Shown here in pieces: positions 42,614 to 51,974 of a stretch of DNA of 64,000 nt (positions are counted from its first letter, which is position 1; each line of letters begins with the position of its first letter). This DNA comes from an uncultured bacterium (GTDB lineage: Bacteria > Planctomycetota > Phycisphaerae > UBA1845). The notes beneath the pieces were generated by a model. It was not told the origin of the DNA and made no database searches. It saw nothing but the letters and a program-made list of their open reading frames with translations. The stretch lies in the NCBI GenBank assembly GCA_965371245.1, contig CBDUXT010000006.1, positions 20,118 to 84,117 of the forward strand. Reading direction: 5' to 3'. The translations under genes and the position numbers were made by a program.

Positions 42614-44086
42614 TTATGCCTCCGCAAACAACGACCCGATCCGGAGCACCTCTTCGACAAGCAAATCGATGTCGGCCTCGCTCGTGCGGAAGTTCACGAT
42701 GCACACGCGCAGGCAGTAGCGACCCTCGAGCGTCGTCGGCGACATGTACACGCGGCCCTCCCTGACGAGTCGCTCCAGGAGGCAGCGGTTGAGGTCGTTG
42801 AGAGATTGCTGGTCACGGGCTCCGGTGGGCACGTACCGAAAGCAACATATGCTCAGCTCGGAACCGACGAGTTCGAGTGACGCCTCGGCGGCGATTCGCT
42901 CATCGAGCCGGCGGCGCAGCGCGATGTTTTGTTCGATGACACGAGCGATCCCCTCGGTGCCGCGCGTCTTCAGGATCATCCACACCTTCAGCGCGCGAAA
43001 GCGACGCGACAGTTCCGGGCCGTGGTCGAAGAAGGCGAAGCTCTCGGTTGTGTCGGTTTGTGAGACGGCCATGTAGGCCGCGCTCTCGGCGAACGCACGG
43101 CGCGACGCTTGCCGGCTACGGATCAACACGCACCCAACATCGAGCGGGGCGAAGAGCCATTTGTGTGGGTCGAGCGAGAGCGAGTCGGCCCGCGCCAGGG
43201 CGCCGCGCATCCAGCGATATTCCCTCGTCGCGGCAGCCGGGGCACCGTATGCGCCGTCGATGTGCAGCCACACGCCGTGGCATCGACAAACGTCGGCGAT
43301 GTCGCCCAGCGGGTCGATGATCCCGGTGTTGGCCGTTCCCGCCGAAGCGCACACGCAGGCGGGGACGAGGCCATCCGCCAGGTCTGTTTGGACGGCTTTC
43401 TCAAGATGCGCGGCGCTCATCCGCCGCGATTCGTCAACCGGCACGGTCTTGATGTGCGCCTCGCTCACGCCGAGCGCTCGTGCGGCCTTGCGAAGTGAGA
43501 GGTGTCCTTCGGCGGACACGTAGAGCGTGAGGGTATCGCGTGAGCCAAGTGTTTCGCCTGGTCGGCTTACCAGGGCCTCATTGATGGCACACGCGATGGC
43601 CGCGGCATTGGCGGTCGATCCGCCGCTGACGAGCAATCCGTGACCGCCGCCGTCGAACCCGACCAGTTCGTCGAGCCAGCGAATGACCAGCCGCTCGAGG
43701 GTCGTGGCCGCGGGCGCCGAACGCCACGAGGTGACGTTCTGATTCATCGCCGACGCCAGCGCATCGGCCAGGATGCCGACGGGGTCTGCCGAGGCGGAGA
43801 CGTACGCGAAGAACCGCGGGTGCCCGTTGCGGCGACCGTACTCCGTCAGCGCGCCGCGGCACATCTCGAATGCCTCTTCGGGTGGGCATCCTTCTCTCGG
43901 AAGCGGTTCGTCCAGCAGCTCGGTCAGCGCCTTGCCGTCGATGTGTTTGAGCACGGGATCACGACGCTCGGTCAGGAGCAGATCGGCTATCTGATCGATC
44001 ACTTCGTAACCCAGGCGGCGGAATGCTTCCGGATCCAGATCGAAGTCAAGCCGTCGGTCGTGGTCTTGTGGCGATGTCACGATCAC
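42614..44086 (-). CDS. Group II pyridoxal-dependent amino-acid decarboxylase
   Basis: 490 aa. Motifs HPRFFAYVSASADP, GGSTANAAAI, HIDGAYGAPA and PLP-lysine region SLSLDPHKWLFAPLDVG. Confidence 0.9.
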   Translation of the reverse strand: MIVTSPQDHDRRLDFDLDPEAFRRLGYEVIDQIADLLLTERRDPVLKHIDGKALTELLDEPLPREGCPPEEAFEMCRGALTEYGRRNGHPRFFAYVSASADPVGILADALASAMNQNVTSWRSAPAATTLERLVIRWLDELVGFDGGGHGLLVSGGSTANAAAIACAINEALVSRPGETLGSRDTLTLYVSAEGHLSLRKAARALGVSEAHIKTVPVDESRRMSAAHLEKAVQTDLADGLVPACVCASAGTANTGIIDPLGDIADVCRCHGVWLHIDGAYGAPAAATREYRWMRGALARADSLSLDPHKWLFAPLDVGCVLIRSRQASRRAFAESAAYMAVSQTDTTESFAFFDHGPELSRRFRALKVWMILKTRGTEGIARVIEQNIALRRRLDERIAAEASLELVGSELSICCFRYVPTGARDQQSLNDLNRCLLERLVREGRVYMSPTTLEGRYCLRVCIVNFRTSEADIDLLVEEVLRIGSLFAEA

Positions 44087-44331
44087 GAGTATATCGGTGT
44101 CTCACGCCAAGTCACAGTTGCGTTGGTGCTTGGCGTCTCGTGCGGCGCATGACGCGACGACGCGAAGGTAACACGAGATTGATCCGATGAGGGCCGCGTG
44201 GTAGGGTGCCACTCGAAACGCAAGAGGGCGACACGCCGACGGGCCGGGCGTGATCTCGCGACGTTGTACCGTTGGACGCCTCGACGACTACGGCTGGCGC
44301 GTCACCACTGAGCAGAGGAGAGTGCGAAGCC

Positions 44332-46143
44332 ATGACAATGGACAAGGAATTGACCAACGTGGATACGGCAAGGGAACCCCATACGGATCGAACACCCCGG
44401 CTTTCGCGGCGGCGCGTGTTGCAACTCCTTGCCGCCGGGGGCGTGGGAACGGTCGTCTTTCGGCGGGCGCTGGCTTCCATGGTACAGGGCGAGTCTCGGG
44501 TCACGGCGGCCATGATCAAACAGGCCGAATGGATCGCCGGGCTCGACTACACCGACCAAGAGCGAGAGATGTTGGTCGGCGGAGTCAATCGGACGCTGCG
44601 CGGCTACCAGCGGATTCGTGACGTGCCGCTCGACAACGGCGTGCCACCGGCCGTTCAGTTCACGTCGATGCCCAATGCGACCGCGCACGAATCGGGCGAC
44701 CGCGGAACTGTTTCTCTAACCGAGTCGGCCGCCACGCGCCGCCCGAAGACGGAAGACGACCTCGCCTTCGCGCCGGTGACGGAGCTGGCGGCGCTGGTTC
44801 GCACGCGTCAGGTCTCGTCCGTCGAGCTGACGCGGCTGTACCTGAAGCGACTTAAACGTTTCGATCCGACGTTGCACTTCGTGATCAACCTCACCGAGGA
44901 GTCGGCGCTCAAACAAGCCGCCCATGCCGACCGCGAGATCGCCGCGGGGCGCTATCGCGGCCCGTTGCACGGCATTCCCTGGGGCGCCAAGGATCTGCTC
45001 GCTTTCCCCGGCTATCCCACCACATGGGGCGCCAAACCGTTCAAGGATCAGGTTCGCAAAGACAAGGCCACCGTCATCGCGCGGCTCGAAGAGGCGGGTG
45101 CGGTCCTTGTCGCCAAGCTCGCGGTGGGCGCGCTCGCCCAGGGCGACGTTTGGTTCAAGGAGAAGACGCGAAACCCGTGGAACCCGGAGCAAGGCTCGAG
45201 CGGCTCGTCGGCGGGTCCGGCGTCGGCCACCGTCGCGGGCGCGGTCGGCTTTTCCATCGGCACCGAGACACTCGGTAGCATCGTCTCACCGTGCAGCCGG
45301 TGCGGCGCTACCGGTCTGCGACCCACCTTCGGGAGGGTGAGCCGGGCGGGCTGCATGGCACTGTCGTGGAGCATGGACAAGATCGGTCCGATCTGTCGCT
45401 CGGTCGAGGACTGTGCCCTGGTGCTGGGCGCCATCCACGGACGTGACGGGCTTGACCCCACGTCCGTCGATCGCCCGTTCTCGTGGCCTATGCGGCGCGA
45501 TCCGCGATCGCTTCGCGTCGGGTATGTCAAATCACTGTTCGACCAGGCCCGGCTCAAGCGCATCGAGAGCGAGCAAAGACGAGCGCGCATGGCCGCGTCG
45601 ATGAAGATGGATCGTGCCGTGCTCGATGTCCTTCGAGGCCTGGGGATCGAGCTGATTCCCATCGAACTGCCGGACAAGTACCCGATCGGCTCGCTACGTT
45701 TCATTCTCTCGGCCGAAGCGGCGGCGGCTTTCGATGAACTCACCCGAAGCGGTCGCGACGACGAACTCGTGGCGCAAGGTCGTAACGCGTGGCCCAACTC
45801 GTTCAGGCAGGGGCAGTTGATTCCCGCCGTCGAATACATCCGCGCCAATCGCGTCCGGACCCTGTTGATGCGGGAGATGGAGGAGATGATGTCGCGCATT
45901 GACGTATACGTGGCACCAAGCATCGGGGGGAGCAACCTGCTTCTTACGAACCTGACGGGTCATCCGACGGTGGTTCTCCCGCACGGTTTCCGCAAGAGCA
46001 ACGGGACGCCGACCAGTATCACCTTCTCGGGCAAGCTGTTCGGGGAAACCGAGCTGTTGGCGGTGGCCCATGCCTACCAGCGGGCGACGGACTTTCACCT
46101 GAAGCGACCGTCCATAAAGGCCCCAACGGGCGCGGGCGGATAG
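44332..46143 (+). CDS. Tat-exported amidase (amidase-signature family)
   Basis: AGGAGAG RBS precedes ATG 44332. Twin-arginine SRRRVLQLLAAGGVG. AS motifs GPLHGIPWGAKD and GSSGSSAGPASATVAGAVGFSIGTETLGSI. Confidence 0.9.
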   Translation: MTMDKELTNVDTAREPHTDRTPRLSRRRVLQLLAAGGVGTVVFRRALASMVQGESRVTAAMIKQAEWIAGLDYTDQEREMLVGGVNRTLRGYQRIRDVPLDNGVPPAVQFTSMPNATAHESGDRGTVSLTESAATRRPKTEDDLAFAPVTELAALVRTRQVSSVELTRLYLKRLKRFDPTLHFVINLTEESALKQAAHADREIAAGRYRGPLHGIPWGAKDLLAFPGYPTTWGAKPFKDQVRKDKATVIARLEEAGAVLVAKLAVGALAQGDVWFKEKTRNPWNPEQGSSGSSAGPASATVAGAVGFSIGTETLGSIVSPCSRCGATGLRPTFGRVSRAGCMALSWSMDKIGPICRSVEDCALVLGAIHGRDGLDPTSVDRPFSWPMRRDPRSLRVGYVKSLFDQARLKRIESEQRRARMAASMKMDRAVLDVLRGLGIELIPIELPDKYPIGSLRFILSAEAAAAFDELTRSGRDDELVAQGRNAWPNSFRQGQLIPAVEYIRANRVRTLLMREMEEMMSRIDVYVAPSIGGSNLLLTNLTGHPTVVLPHGFRKSNGTPTSITFSGKLFGETELLAVAHAYQRATDFHLKRPSIKAPTGAGG

Positions 46144-46668
46144 GGCTGCGTCGCCGCACCTCGGAGTGCGCGGCCCAGGCGTGGTTCTTGAAATGCTGCC
46201 AGAATCGGCGCGTGAGTCTTGTCGATACCCGTACCCGGATACAGGGCGATCACCCCGTTTATCGGCCCGTGTCACTTCCGGTCATCTTCGCGCCACCGGC
46301 CGATAAGAACCACACGCAGCGCCATCCACATGTCATCATAAAGTGCGGCCGGAAGGCGTCTCTGTTTTTCGACACCGTCATGCTTTACGACTACGCGTTG
46401 GTACATATACTATCTGTAGAGGTTCAGAGCGGACGCCACGGCGCCGCTCTTCGGGTTCCTTGATTCCTAACGGCTCTTGGGCATCGGGCCTAACACCTCA
46501 CCGGCAAGATGCCGGTTCCACCGCGCCTATCGGCGCGCGCTGCCAGACCGGTCGGACGGAGGTCCGATCCTTCGCGACGGGCACGTCGAGGTCGAGCGCG
46601 GCACCAGTTCCTGAAGCACTCTGCTGAAATCCAGTTGTGCTTAATCTCACGCGGTTGGGAGGATTCTT

Positions 46669-47859
46669 ATGATCCGTATGCCACTGCCACTGGTCGAAGT
46701 ACCGACTCAGACGCCCAAACGGGTCAAGTACATCCGTAGCCTGGAGAATGTGCCCAACATTCCCGCTGAGGAGCTGGAGAAGCTCAAAAAAGTGGCCGAG
46801 CAGTACGTCTTTCGGGCAAACGACTACTACCTGGGTCTGATCAACTGGGACGACCCGTCCGACCCGATCAAGCAGCTCATCATTCCGCGGGAAGAGGAAC
46901 TCAACGACTTCGGCAAGCTGGATGCGAGCAACGAAGAGGCCGTCACCGTCGCGCGCGGCGTGCAACACAAGTACGCCGACACGGTGTTGTTGTTGTGCAA
47001 CGAGGTGTGCGGCGCGTATTGCCGATACTGTTTCCGCAAGCGTCTGTTCATGGATGAGAACGATGAAGTGACCAACGACATCTCGGAAGGGCTGGCCTAC
47101 ATTTCCGAGAACCCCTGCGTCACGAACGTGCTGCTGACCGGCGGCGACCCGCTACTGATGAGCACGCGGCGCATCGTTGATATCCTCGCAGCGCTTCGCG
47201 CGATACCCCACGTGGAGATCATTCGATTCGGGTCCAAGATGCCGGCCTTCGATCCGTGGCGGCTGGTCAACGATCCGGAACTTCAGGAGGCGTTCCGCAG
47301 GTACTCAACACCTACCAAGCGCATCTACCTGATGGCCCACTTCGATCACCCGCGCGAGTTGACCGAAGAGGCCGTCCGCGGAATCGACTGCTTCATCCGC
47401 AACGGTGTGATCTGTGTCAATCAGTGCCCGCTGATCCGCGGGGTCAACGACGACCCCCACGTGCTGGCGGCCATGTACCGCAAGCTCTCGCACATCGGCT
47501 GCCCGTCGTACTACCTGTTCCAGGGCAGGCCCACCTCGGGCAACGAGCCGTATGCCGTGCCGATTGTTCGCGGCTGGGAGATCTTCAACGAGGCGCTGGG
47601 TCTTGGGTCCGGGCTGGCGCGACGGGCACGGTTCGCCATGTCCCACGAAACCGGCAAGGTTGAGATCGTCGCCATCGACGATCATCACATCTACCTTCGG
47701 TACCATCGCGCGCAGGACCAGGCGCGTCACGGCCGGTTCATGATCTACAAGCGAAACGACGAGGCATGCTGGCTCGATGAGCTCGAGCCGGCGGACGGGT
47801 TGGGGGCCCCGAAGTTCGCGCCATCGCCCCGTGACGCCATCCTCGACGGCCCTGAATAG
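46669..47859 (+). CDS. KamA-family radical SAM aminomutase (lysine/glutamate 2,3-aminomutase-like)
   Basis: 396 aa, GGGAGG RBS. Radical SAM CGAYCRYCFRKR (CxxxCxxC). Motifs LLTGGDPL, NQCPLIRGVNDD and YYLFQGRP. Confidence 0.9.
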   Translation: MIRMPLPLVEVPTQTPKRVKYIRSLENVPNIPAEELEKLKKVAEQYVFRANDYYLGLINWDDPSDPIKQLIIPREEELNDFGKLDASNEEAVTVARGVQHKYADTVLLLCNEVCGAYCRYCFRKRLFMDENDEVTNDISEGLAYISENPCVTNVLLTGGDPLLMSTRRIVDILAALRAIPHVEIIRFGSKMPAFDPWRLVNDPELQEAFRRYSTPTKRIYLMAHFDHPRELTEEAVRGIDCFIRNGVICVNQCPLIRGVNDDPHVLAAMYRKLSHIGCPSYYLFQGRPTSGNEPYAVPIVRGWEIFNEALGLGSGLARRARFAMSHETGKVEIVAIDDHHIYLRYHRAQDQARHGRFMIYKRNDEACWLDELEPADGLGAPKFAPSPRDAILDGPE

Positions 47860-47948
47860 AAGCTCGCGGAGGGCTGGCACCAACGGGACACGAGCTTCCT
47901 GTCGTGGCTATCGTTGCCAGAACGGGCAATCCACCGGATAATGCCGCG

Positions 47949-48587
47949 ATGACCAAGCCCGACGGAGAACACCCCGATGCGCGGCCCGGCGCTGTGCGAA
48001 ACTATTTGCTTGAGTGGGAACTCACCCCCGAGGAAATCAACGAAATCATCGCGGAAAACCCGCCGGTGTTGTCGATACTTTCCGGGTTCATCGCGGAGTA
48101 CAAGCTGCGGAAGCTATGGTTGCATGACGGACGGATTTCGGCGCTGTCCCGTCCCAGGTCGCACGACCGGAAGAGCAAGGGCGATTTCAAGTTCACCTAT
48201 CGGCGTCATTCCTTCACGCTTGAGGTGAAATCACTTGACGTCCCGAAGGTGCGAAAAGATGAGGGCGGGCTTCGCGGCACATTCCAGTGCAACGCCAGCG
48301 ACTCACGAGAAGTTCAGCTGCCCAATGGCGAACGCCTGAAAACGAATTGCCTCGTCGCCGGCGAATTCGACGTTGTGGGCGTGTCCCTCTTCGCGTTTGA
48401 GCGCCGATGGAGATTCGCTTTCGCGCGCAACTGCGACCTTCCGCGATCGACGTGGAGGAAGTACACCGAGTCGCAGAGAAAACACCTACTCAAGAGCGCG
48501 ATGCCCATCAGTTGGCCGCTGGAATCGCCGTATCGTGACGACTTATTTTCCGTCCTTGATTCGATTCTGCGGGAGGGCCGAAGTTGA
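47949..48587 (+). CDS. Putative type II restriction endonuclease (PD-(D/E)XK) of R-M system 2
   Basis: 212 aa from MTKPDGEH (an alternative GTG lies at 47904). D-X12-E-X-K in [19 protein letters not shown]. Its 3' end overlaps the convergent methyltransferase by 45 nt. Confidence 0.55.
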   Translation: MTKPDGEHPDARPGAVRNYLLEWELTPEEINEIIAENPPVLSILSGFIAEYKLRKLWLHDGRISALSRPRSHDRKSKGDFKFTYRRHSFTLEVKSLDVPKVRKDEGGLRGTFQCNASDSREVQLPNGERLKTNCLVAGEFDVVGVSLFAFERRWRFAFARNCDLPRSTWRKYTESQRKHLLKSAMPISWPLESPYRDDLFSVLDSILREGRS

Positions 48588-49313
48588 TCGCCTTCTTCGG
48601 GTCTTGACGAAGACAAGAAAATACGAGTGGTTCTTTCTCGCGTGAACCTGCCCTTTGGTTCTCGTCACCGCAGGTCTGTTTGGGCGCACGACTATGAACA
48701 GGTCCTTCGTGTACAACCCGAGCTTCTCGTACTGATTGATGATTTCGACGTGCGTGAGCCGCTGCGTGTTCGCACTGACTTCATCTTGGCACTTTACGAT
48801 GAGGATCCCCTCGGGGCGCAGCACTCGATAAGCCTCTTTCCCAGCTCGAAAGTAGAGGTCCAGAACGGCGTCGTGGTACTTGGGGCCGCCGGGCGTTTTC
48901 TCCCCATTTGAGTAGTACTCGCGAAAGGCCGCATGGGAACCCGCCCCGGCAAGGTGGGCTCTTGAACGACGAAAAAGTCCTTCCATATAGGGAGGGTCGA
49001 GTACCACGCAATGGAACGACCGCTTCTCATAAGGAAGCGCGCGGCAATCCACGCCGTCCTGTAAATCAGACGCAACCAGTTTGTAGTCGTTCTTAGGGAT
49101 GTTCCGCCAGAAAACACCCTTTCCGAACGTCACGTCAGCGACCTTGGCGCCCTTGGCGACATGAAGGTAAAGCATCTTCTCGAAAACATCGGCGTTGGTT
49201 GAGACATACGCGCTCAAGACCAAATCGGAAGTCGTAATCCCGTCCGGCGCTTTCCGTCGGCTTCGCGTGGGCGGGCCATCGACGTCAAAGAGTGTCGCCT
49301 GAACCCGCGTCAT
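48543..49313 (-). CDS. DNA methyltransferase (N6A/N4C amino-methyltransferase), R-M system 2
   Basis: 256 aa. AdoMet motif [12 protein letters not shown] precedes catalytic [10 protein letters not shown]. Confidence 0.8.
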   Translation of the reverse strand: MTRVQATLFDVDGPPTRSRRKAPDGITTSDLVLSAYVSTNADVFEKMLYLHVAKGAKVADVTFGKGVFWRNIPKNDYKLVASDLQDGVDCRALPYEKRSFHCVVLDPPYMEGLFRRSRAHLAGAGSHAAFREYYSNGEKTPGGPKYHDAVLDLYFRAGKEAYRVLRPEGILIVKCQDEVSANTQRLTHVEIINQYEKLGLYTKDLFIVVRPNRPAVTRTKGQVHARKNHSYFLVFVKTRRRRSTSALPQNRIKDGK

Positions 49314-49525
49314 TTTCGCGATCCTTTGTTTCGACCCTTATGCGTCTCGCGTGGCCCAGGACTGATATGAGAAGACAAGGCACGGCGGATGACCCAGGCG
49401 AGGGATGCCTGCATTCTTATTGCCTCAGCGCGTAGTCGCGCATAATCGTCCCGAGACAGGCTAATCGTGAGTCGCACCGGCTTGTCCGACGCCACCCGTC
49501 GCTCCTGTGCATCACGTTTCACCAT
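49310..49525 (-). CDS. Ribbon-helix-helix (CopG/MetJ-like) regulator upstream of the methyltransferase
   Basis: 71 aa. [34 protein letters not shown] fits a beta-strand plus two helices RHH pattern. Its stop overlaps the methyltransferase start (4-nt overlap 49310-49313). Confidence 0.7.
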   Translation of the reverse strand: MVKRDAQERRVASDKPVRLTISLSRDDYARLRAEAIRMQASLAWVIRRALSSHISPGPRETHKGRNKGSRK

Positions 49526-49533
49526 AGTTCACC

Positions 49534-49561
49534 ACGATATACGCAGGATGGTCCTTGTCAA
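49534..49561 (-). promoter_or_regulatory. Promoter candidate giving a leaderless or near-leaderless RHH-methyltransferase mRNA
   Basis: On the minus strand: TTGACA (49561-49556), 16-nt spacer, TATCGT (49539-49534). The ATG at 49525 lies only about 8 nt after the -10. Confidence 0.3.
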
Positions 49562-49981
49562 GTAGGCCGTCTAAGTTTTTTTCGAGCCTTTAGCCATTGC
49601 CCTCGCAGGGCCCCCCTCTGCCGGGGCTGTCAGAAGTGAGGCACAAGACGGCCGGGTGTCGGCGGCGGGCGCGGTTCGCTCGGACACGGACTTCGTTTCG
49701 TAGCTTGCGGCCGCACGCTAGTGTAGTATTCCTCGCGCTATGGTCTTGAACATCCGCACTGGGATTGCACGTTCCCTCTTCATGTTGTTGCTTTTTGCGC
49801 TGCGCCCGGTGGTGATCGATTCCGCGCCGAGATCGAAACGCAAGGACACGCCGTAATGGGGCGGGCTGACGCTAGGGAGTTGTGGACACCGGGAGTTCCG
49901 TGCGGGCTGAAGCCCGCGGCTCGGGAAGCGGTCCGGGGCACAGTGCGATGCACACCTGGCGCCAAGGCTCTGGGGTTAGTG

Positions 49982-50890
49982 ATGCTTACGGCGTGCTCCG
50001 GCTGTGCGATGCGCGCGGCGTCGCATGGGGCAAGCATCAAAGATGCACCGGAACCCGGCCGCACGAGAATCGTTCTGCTGGGCACTGGCAACCCCAACGC
50101 TGATCCGGCGCGTTCCGGTCCCTCCGTCGCGATCGTGGTTGATGACACGCCCTACCTTATCGACTGCGGCCCCGGCGTGGTTCGCCGCGCCTCGGCCGCC
50201 CATGCCCGCGGCGTCGAGGCGCTGCGGGTTGAGAATCTCAAACATCTCTTCGTGACGCATCTGCACACAGACCACACCGTGGGGCTGGCGGACCTGATCT
50301 TCACGCCCTGGGTTCTGGAGCGCGACGAACCGCTGAACGTCTTCGGTCCGCCCGGTATCGCGGCCATGGTCGATCACATCCTTGCAGCGTACGAGCAGGA
50401 CATCCGGATTCGCCTTGATGGGCTGGAGCCGGCCAACACCGAGGGCTACCGAGTCAACGTGCATGAAATCCGCGAGGGTGTGGCGTACGAAGACGGCAAG
50501 ATCAAGGTGAGTGCGTTCGAGGTCGAGCACGGGTCGTGGAAACATGCTTTCGGCTATCGGTTTGAGACGCCCGACCGGACGATCGTGATTTCAGGGGACA
50601 CCAGGCCCAGCGAGAACCTTGTGGCGCACGCGAAAGGCTGCGATGTGCTTCTGCACGAAGTCTTTTGGACGGCCGGTTTCGCCAAGCGTCCGCCCGTGTG
50701 GCAGCGCTATCACGCAAGCTTTCACACCTCAACCGTCGAGCTGGCGGACATCGCCAGCCGCGTGCGGCCGGGCTTGCTGATTCTGTACCATCAGCTCTTC
50801 TGGGGGGCAACGGACCGGGACTTGCTTGGAGAAATCCAGCAGACATATCAGGGCCGTGTCGTGTCCGGACAAGACCTGGACGTGTACTGA
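49982..50890 (+). CDS. MBL-fold metallo-hydrolase, probably exported
   Basis: Start tentatively at MLTACSGC. Metal motif FVTHLHTDHTVGL. Segment TRIVLLGTGNPNADPARSGPSVAIVVDDTPYLIDCG. Confidence 0.8.
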   Translation: MLTACSGCAMRAASHGASIKDAPEPGRTRIVLLGTGNPNADPARSGPSVAIVVDDTPYLIDCGPGVVRRASAAHARGVEALRVENLKHLFVTHLHTDHTVGLADLIFTPWVLERDEPLNVFGPPGIAAMVDHILAAYEQDIRIRLDGLEPANTEGYRVNVHEIREGVAYEDGKIKVSAFEVEHGSWKHAFGYRFETPDRTIVISGDTRPSENLVAHAKGCDVLLHEVFWTAGFAKRPPVWQRYHASFHTSTVELADIASRVRPGLLILYHQLFWGATDRDLLGEIQQTYQGRVVSGQDLDVY

Positions 50891-50941
50891 GCCGCCCCAT
50901 ACACAAGTGCCGTATGAATGGCACGCCTGAGGAAACGGGTT

Positions 50942-51934
50942 ATGCGAATCAAAGTGATGGGTCTACTGATGGTCGGCGCGACTGCGGCGACTGCGTGCCG
51001 GGCGCCTGCGCCACAAGCGACTGTGGGACCCGACAGGGCTCTTCCGATCGTGGCCGACATGCCGCTTGACGGTCCGGAGGTTACCACATCCTTTGGTCGG
51101 CCTCTTTTCGCAAAACCGCCGGGTGACCTGCCAAAGCTGACGGAGAACCTGGCCGCGGCGCGGGCGGCGCTCGCACAGGACACCGACAGCGCCGAGCGGA
51201 TGGTGTGGGTGGGTCGGCGGCTCGGCTACCTCTGGCGGATCAGAGAGGCGGTCAACGTCTTCTCCTTGTCTGTTTCCATCCATCCCGATCATGCGCCGAG
51301 CTATCGGCACCGGGGGCATCGGCTCATCACGCTGCGCCGTTTCGACGACGCCATCGTTGATCTTGAGAAGGCGGCCGCCCTGATCGATGGCAAGCCCGAT
51401 GCCATCGAACTCGACGGCGCGCCCAACGCCCTCGACATTCCTTTGACGACCACGGCCTTCAACGTCTGGTATCACCTGGCCCTCGCCCATTACCTCAAGG
51501 GCGACTTCGAGGGAGCACTGGCCGGCTGGCGGGAGACGATGAAGTACGTCGGTCGGTTCGATGACAACCTCGTGGCAACCACCGATTGGATGTACATGAC
51601 GCTCCGACGCCTCGACCGACCCGATGAGGCCGCCGCCCTGCTCGAGCCGATTACCTCCGACATGGACATCATCGAAAACCACGCCTATCACCGGCGGGTC
51701 ATGATGTACAAAGGGCTGATTTCGCCAAGCCGGTTGATCGATCCGGACAGGGCCGGCGAACTGGACCTGGCGACACTTGGCTACGGGCTGGGCAACTGGT
51801 ATTTGTTCAACGGTGAGACCAAGGAGGCGGTCAAGCAGTTCAAGCGAATAGTCGCCGGCCCTTACTGGCCCTCGTTCGGCTACATCGCGGCCGAGGTCGA
51901 GCTGACGCGGTGGGAGGCGTCGCTACAGCAGTAG
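50942..51934 (+). CDS. TPR-like lipoprotein, function unknown
   Basis: Lipoprotein signal MRIKVMGLLMVGATAATAC. Helical-repeat segments (PSYRHRGHRLITLRRFDDAIVDLEKAAAL, WYHLALAHYLKGDFEGALAGW). Confidence 0.6.
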   Translation: MRIKVMGLLMVGATAATACRAPAPQATVGPDRALPIVADMPLDGPEVTTSFGRPLFAKPPGDLPKLTENLAAARAALAQDTDSAERMVWVGRRLGYLWRIREAVNVFSLSVSIHPDHAPSYRHRGHRLITLRRFDDAIVDLEKAAALIDGKPDAIELDGAPNALDIPLTTTAFNVWYHLALAHYLKGDFEGALAGWRETMKYVGRFDDNLVATTDWMYMTLRRLDRPDEAAALLEPITSDMDIIENHAYHRRVMMYKGLISPSRLIDPDRAGELDLATLGYGLGNWYLFNGETKEAVKQFKRIVAGPYWPSFGYIAAEVELTRWEASLQQ

Positions 51935-51947
51935 GGAACGAGGGCCT

Positions 51948-51965
51948 GTGCCGACTCCTCGGCAC
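51948..51965. terminator. Possible bidirectional hairpin between convergent genes
   Basis: GTGCCG-actcct-CGGCAC. No clear U-tract. Confidence 0.25.
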
Positions 51966-51974
51966 TGAAGGGGA

